Source: Squalus acanthias (lineage: Eukaryota). From it: 64,000 bases of DNA. The notes below the pieces were generated by a model. It was given only the letters and a program-made list of their open reading frames with translations, was not told where the DNA came from and did no database searches. This document shows, piece by piece, positions 61,275-64,000 of the stretch; position 1 is the stretch's first letter, and each line of letters opens with the position of its first letter. The position numbers were made by a program, and so were the translations under genes. Location of the stretch: NCBI GenBank assembly GCA_030390025.1, contig JASTWF010000333.1:248001-312000 (forward strand), given 5' to 3'.

Positions 61275-62969
61275 ATAGATAGTGTTCATCTCGGTGGAGA
61301 AAGACTCTTTGGTCACTAAGGTCTGAGGCTTTCTCCACATTTCCCAGATAGATTAGGATGCTGTTACTTAAACTTTCCAATGCTGAAGCTAATGCAGACT
61401 TCAGCTCAGTCTGTTTAACTCCAATGAGAACTGGAATCATGGTCCCAAAGATAGATTTTAGTAAAGTCACCATGCCATACACATTTTCTGTTGACATTTT
61501 TGTTAAGGTCTTCACCATGTTACACATGCGGAAGGTGCTCTAGTTTGAAATCCTTTGTTGTCAACCGGACAACTTCATTTCTGAACCTGAAGATTGCTGG
61601 CAGCTTCCTGGCTGTCAGCTGATGCTCCTGTTAACATTGTCATCCACAGTGCAGCCAAAGAGATAACTTTATCAGCTAGTGCTTGGTTAATTTGATCAAG
61701 GGTGTCCTTGATAATCATCGCTATGCTCTCCAATACTACAGCCCCCTGTGGAGCGGTCCACATGGTGAGGTGGGGCAGACGGTCATGGCAGCTCATTCAC
61801 ACTATTTCTGGGTGCTGACGCCCCAGTGTCTGGAGGGTCTTTCTGCTGACAACTTTCATCTCCCTCAGCAATCTTCTATGCGTGAGGGCAACTGAGAATG
61901 ATTCCATGTTGAGGTACATTCTAGAAGTCCACTGGAAGTTTAGAATTGTTCACTTCAATATTAGACATTGCTACTGCCCTCACACTAAGCTGTCTGGACA
62001 CACTCTCAGCAACTCTGTCCTGTTCTTTACTCGAAATTCTACTACTCTTCACTCTGAAGACATGTTTTAACCAAATGATTTCTGTGAGTAATGATCAATT
62101 AAAGACTGTCTTCATTCACTCACTCAATGTTTGAACAGTGTTTCTAATCTGCTCTTCGATGATCTTCCAAAATTTGGATAGATTTGATGAACACACTTGT
62201 CTTTAAGCTCTCCCCTCATTGCTCTCTCATGCACAAATGCACAGTTTGTACCACTTTGCTGTATGTTGTCCACACCTCCGGTTTCTGTGTTGTCATGGTT
62301 TTCATTGTGAGGCCAGGTTACATAGCCCCTCTGTTGTGATGTGCCCTGGGTCATGTGCCCATTTAAGTCCTGCCAGCTGTTTGTGGCAGTTTAAGGTGGA
62401 TGGTGCGGGTTAAGGCCCAGACCTGAGATACAGACCATGCGGGAAAGACAACCCTTGGCAGCCATATTGGATCAAGCAGCTGTTTGTTCCTAATAAAGAA
62501 CCTACCGCACCACAGACTCTCAAAGTACTTGTGACAAAAGATGTAGAGATGTAGAAAAGATGTAGGGCAGACATTTCTAGCAGAATTGCCCCCAAATTGA
62601 GATGTTCATGTGACTCAAATCAATTTTAAATACACTAGAAATAAAAAGATCTGAACTCATGAGATCATTCCGGGGTTAGAATGGGAAAGCATAATTTCCA
62701 GCCCAGTAGGATAGTCTCAACTAATATGGATCGGGTTAGATACCATTTGCATTTGACTAGAAAGGATGATTTTATAATTCCGGAGTAAACACAGTTGTGG
62801 GTTTGTACGTTCATCACCGTCTAAACAAATGATTCCACTGTTTTTATTTGTGTGTTGACATGAAGTAAATTCCAAAGGGATTGAAACTGCTTCATGATGT
62901 AATGAGAAAGATGTTGTGACATCAGAGCGGTCCGTTGTGACATCAGAGTGGCTGTTCCACACTTCTCTC

Positions 62970-64000
62970 CTTTAAAATCCTTGTTCTCTACTGCCTACCA
63001 ACTCAGGTTTCTCACCCACATATCCTCCCTGCTTTCCTCCTTCAGTCTCTGGACTCAGTGACTCCTCCTCCTCAATCATTTCAATCTCCATCTCAACTCC
63101 CTTTGCCCTCTCTCCTCTGATTTTACTGCCCTCCTGTCGTCCCTTAAGCTCTCCTACCCATATTCATGGCCACCCCCTCAACTTTGCCATCTTGCCTTGC
63201 TTCACTACTTCCATGGTCTTAATCACTGTCAAGACCATCTCTGGACAATTCCTTGTCTCACCCACAACCCTCTATCTCTTTCCAACCCAACTTCCTTCTG
63301 CATCCACCCCTGCAAAAAAACTCTCTCTCATAGAAACAGGAGGAGGCCATTCAGCCCCTTGGGTGCTCCACCATTCACTTAGATCACGGCTGATCTGCAC
63401 CTCAACTCCATTTACCCACCTTTGCTCCATATCCCTTGATACCCTTACCTATTCAAATTCTATCTATCTCAGTCTTGAAAGCTCCAATTGTCCTAGAATC
63501 CAGAGCCCTTTGGGGGAGAGACTTCCAGATTTCCACTACATTTTGTGTGAAAAAGTGTTTCCTGATTTCAACCCTGAATGTCCTAGTTCTAATTTTAAGA
63601 TTATGTCCCCTTATTCTTCATTCCCCCCACCAGAGGAAATAGTTTCTCATTATCTACTCTATCAAACACTTTCAACATTTTAAACACCTCAATCAAATCA
63701 GCCCTCAATCTCTTATACTCAACTCACTTACAAGGACACTTTCAAACTCCTCATTGCCTAGCCTTTGACCTTCCATTTGTCACAATACTTCTGCAGTTAT
63801 TAATCTGTTTAACCAATGCTTTTGATGCCTTGTCCCCAATAAAATCCTTACTCTCTTCCACCCTGGTTGTTTCCCCTGGTGCGGCCCCATCCTCTGCCCC
63901 CAAATCCAAGGGGCACAGACTTAAGCATCTCTGATGCACAACTGGTTTAGCCATTCACTGTCAGATCTGGCTGGACCACATCAAGCACCATTGGATCCTG
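62970..64000 (+). mobile_element. L2 endonuclease-region fragment, interrupted by a minus-strand CR1 3' fragment (about 63329-63725)
   Basis: Similar to 18.3-19.0 kb; CR1 tail catagaaacaggaggaggccattcagccc. Confidence 0.85.

Larger units (their letters stand above)
53780..62400 (-). pseudogene. MROH1: Processed pseudogene of a maestro heat-like repeat (MROH1-like) gene
   Basis: Colinear helical ORF remnants, e.g. VEALGYVISLLPQDTLEEELPRLVPGILSLYKK, MAQQGYLEPEGGKAMVEFIIQQCA, VLWPFLLEF; no introns over kilobases; many stops and frameshifts; paralog identity and ends uncertain. Confidence 0.8.

Noticed and set aside
55248..61796. Functional multi-exon MROH gene
   Set aside because: ORF breaks are stops, frameshifts and TE insertions in contiguous coding sequence, not GT-AG introns

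Overview
Eukaryotic, almost entirely repeat-derived DNA with no intact host protein-coding gene and no prokaryotic features (no CRISPR, operon or rRNA). The repeat content (CR1 LINEs, L2 LINEs, Deu-domain SINE, HE1-like SINE) suggests a cartilaginous fish; that assignment is inference. Main contents: (i) five PIF/Harbinger DNA transposons with convergent transposase and Myb/SANT genes, including a full-length 4.2-kb copy (45882-50101) whose spliced Myb ORF is intact, plus two MITEs derived from its family and other Harbinger-type MITEs; (ii) many CR1 fragments, one with an open 605-aa RT/C-terminal ORF, plus L2, Vingi-like and Penelope (GIY-YIG) fragments; (iii) two solo LTRs with 4-bp TSDs; (iv) a decayed intronless MROH1-like retrocopy (about 53.8-62.4 kb, minus strand) interrupted by several insertions; (v) four copies of a ~100-bp element, two of which carry a minimal hammerhead-ribozyme motif; (vi) a LINE with a tRNA-like Pol III head; (vii) several minisatellites born inside transposons. 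Family names come from motif recognition, not database searches. TSD and splice coordinates were read by eye; other boundaries are approximate.
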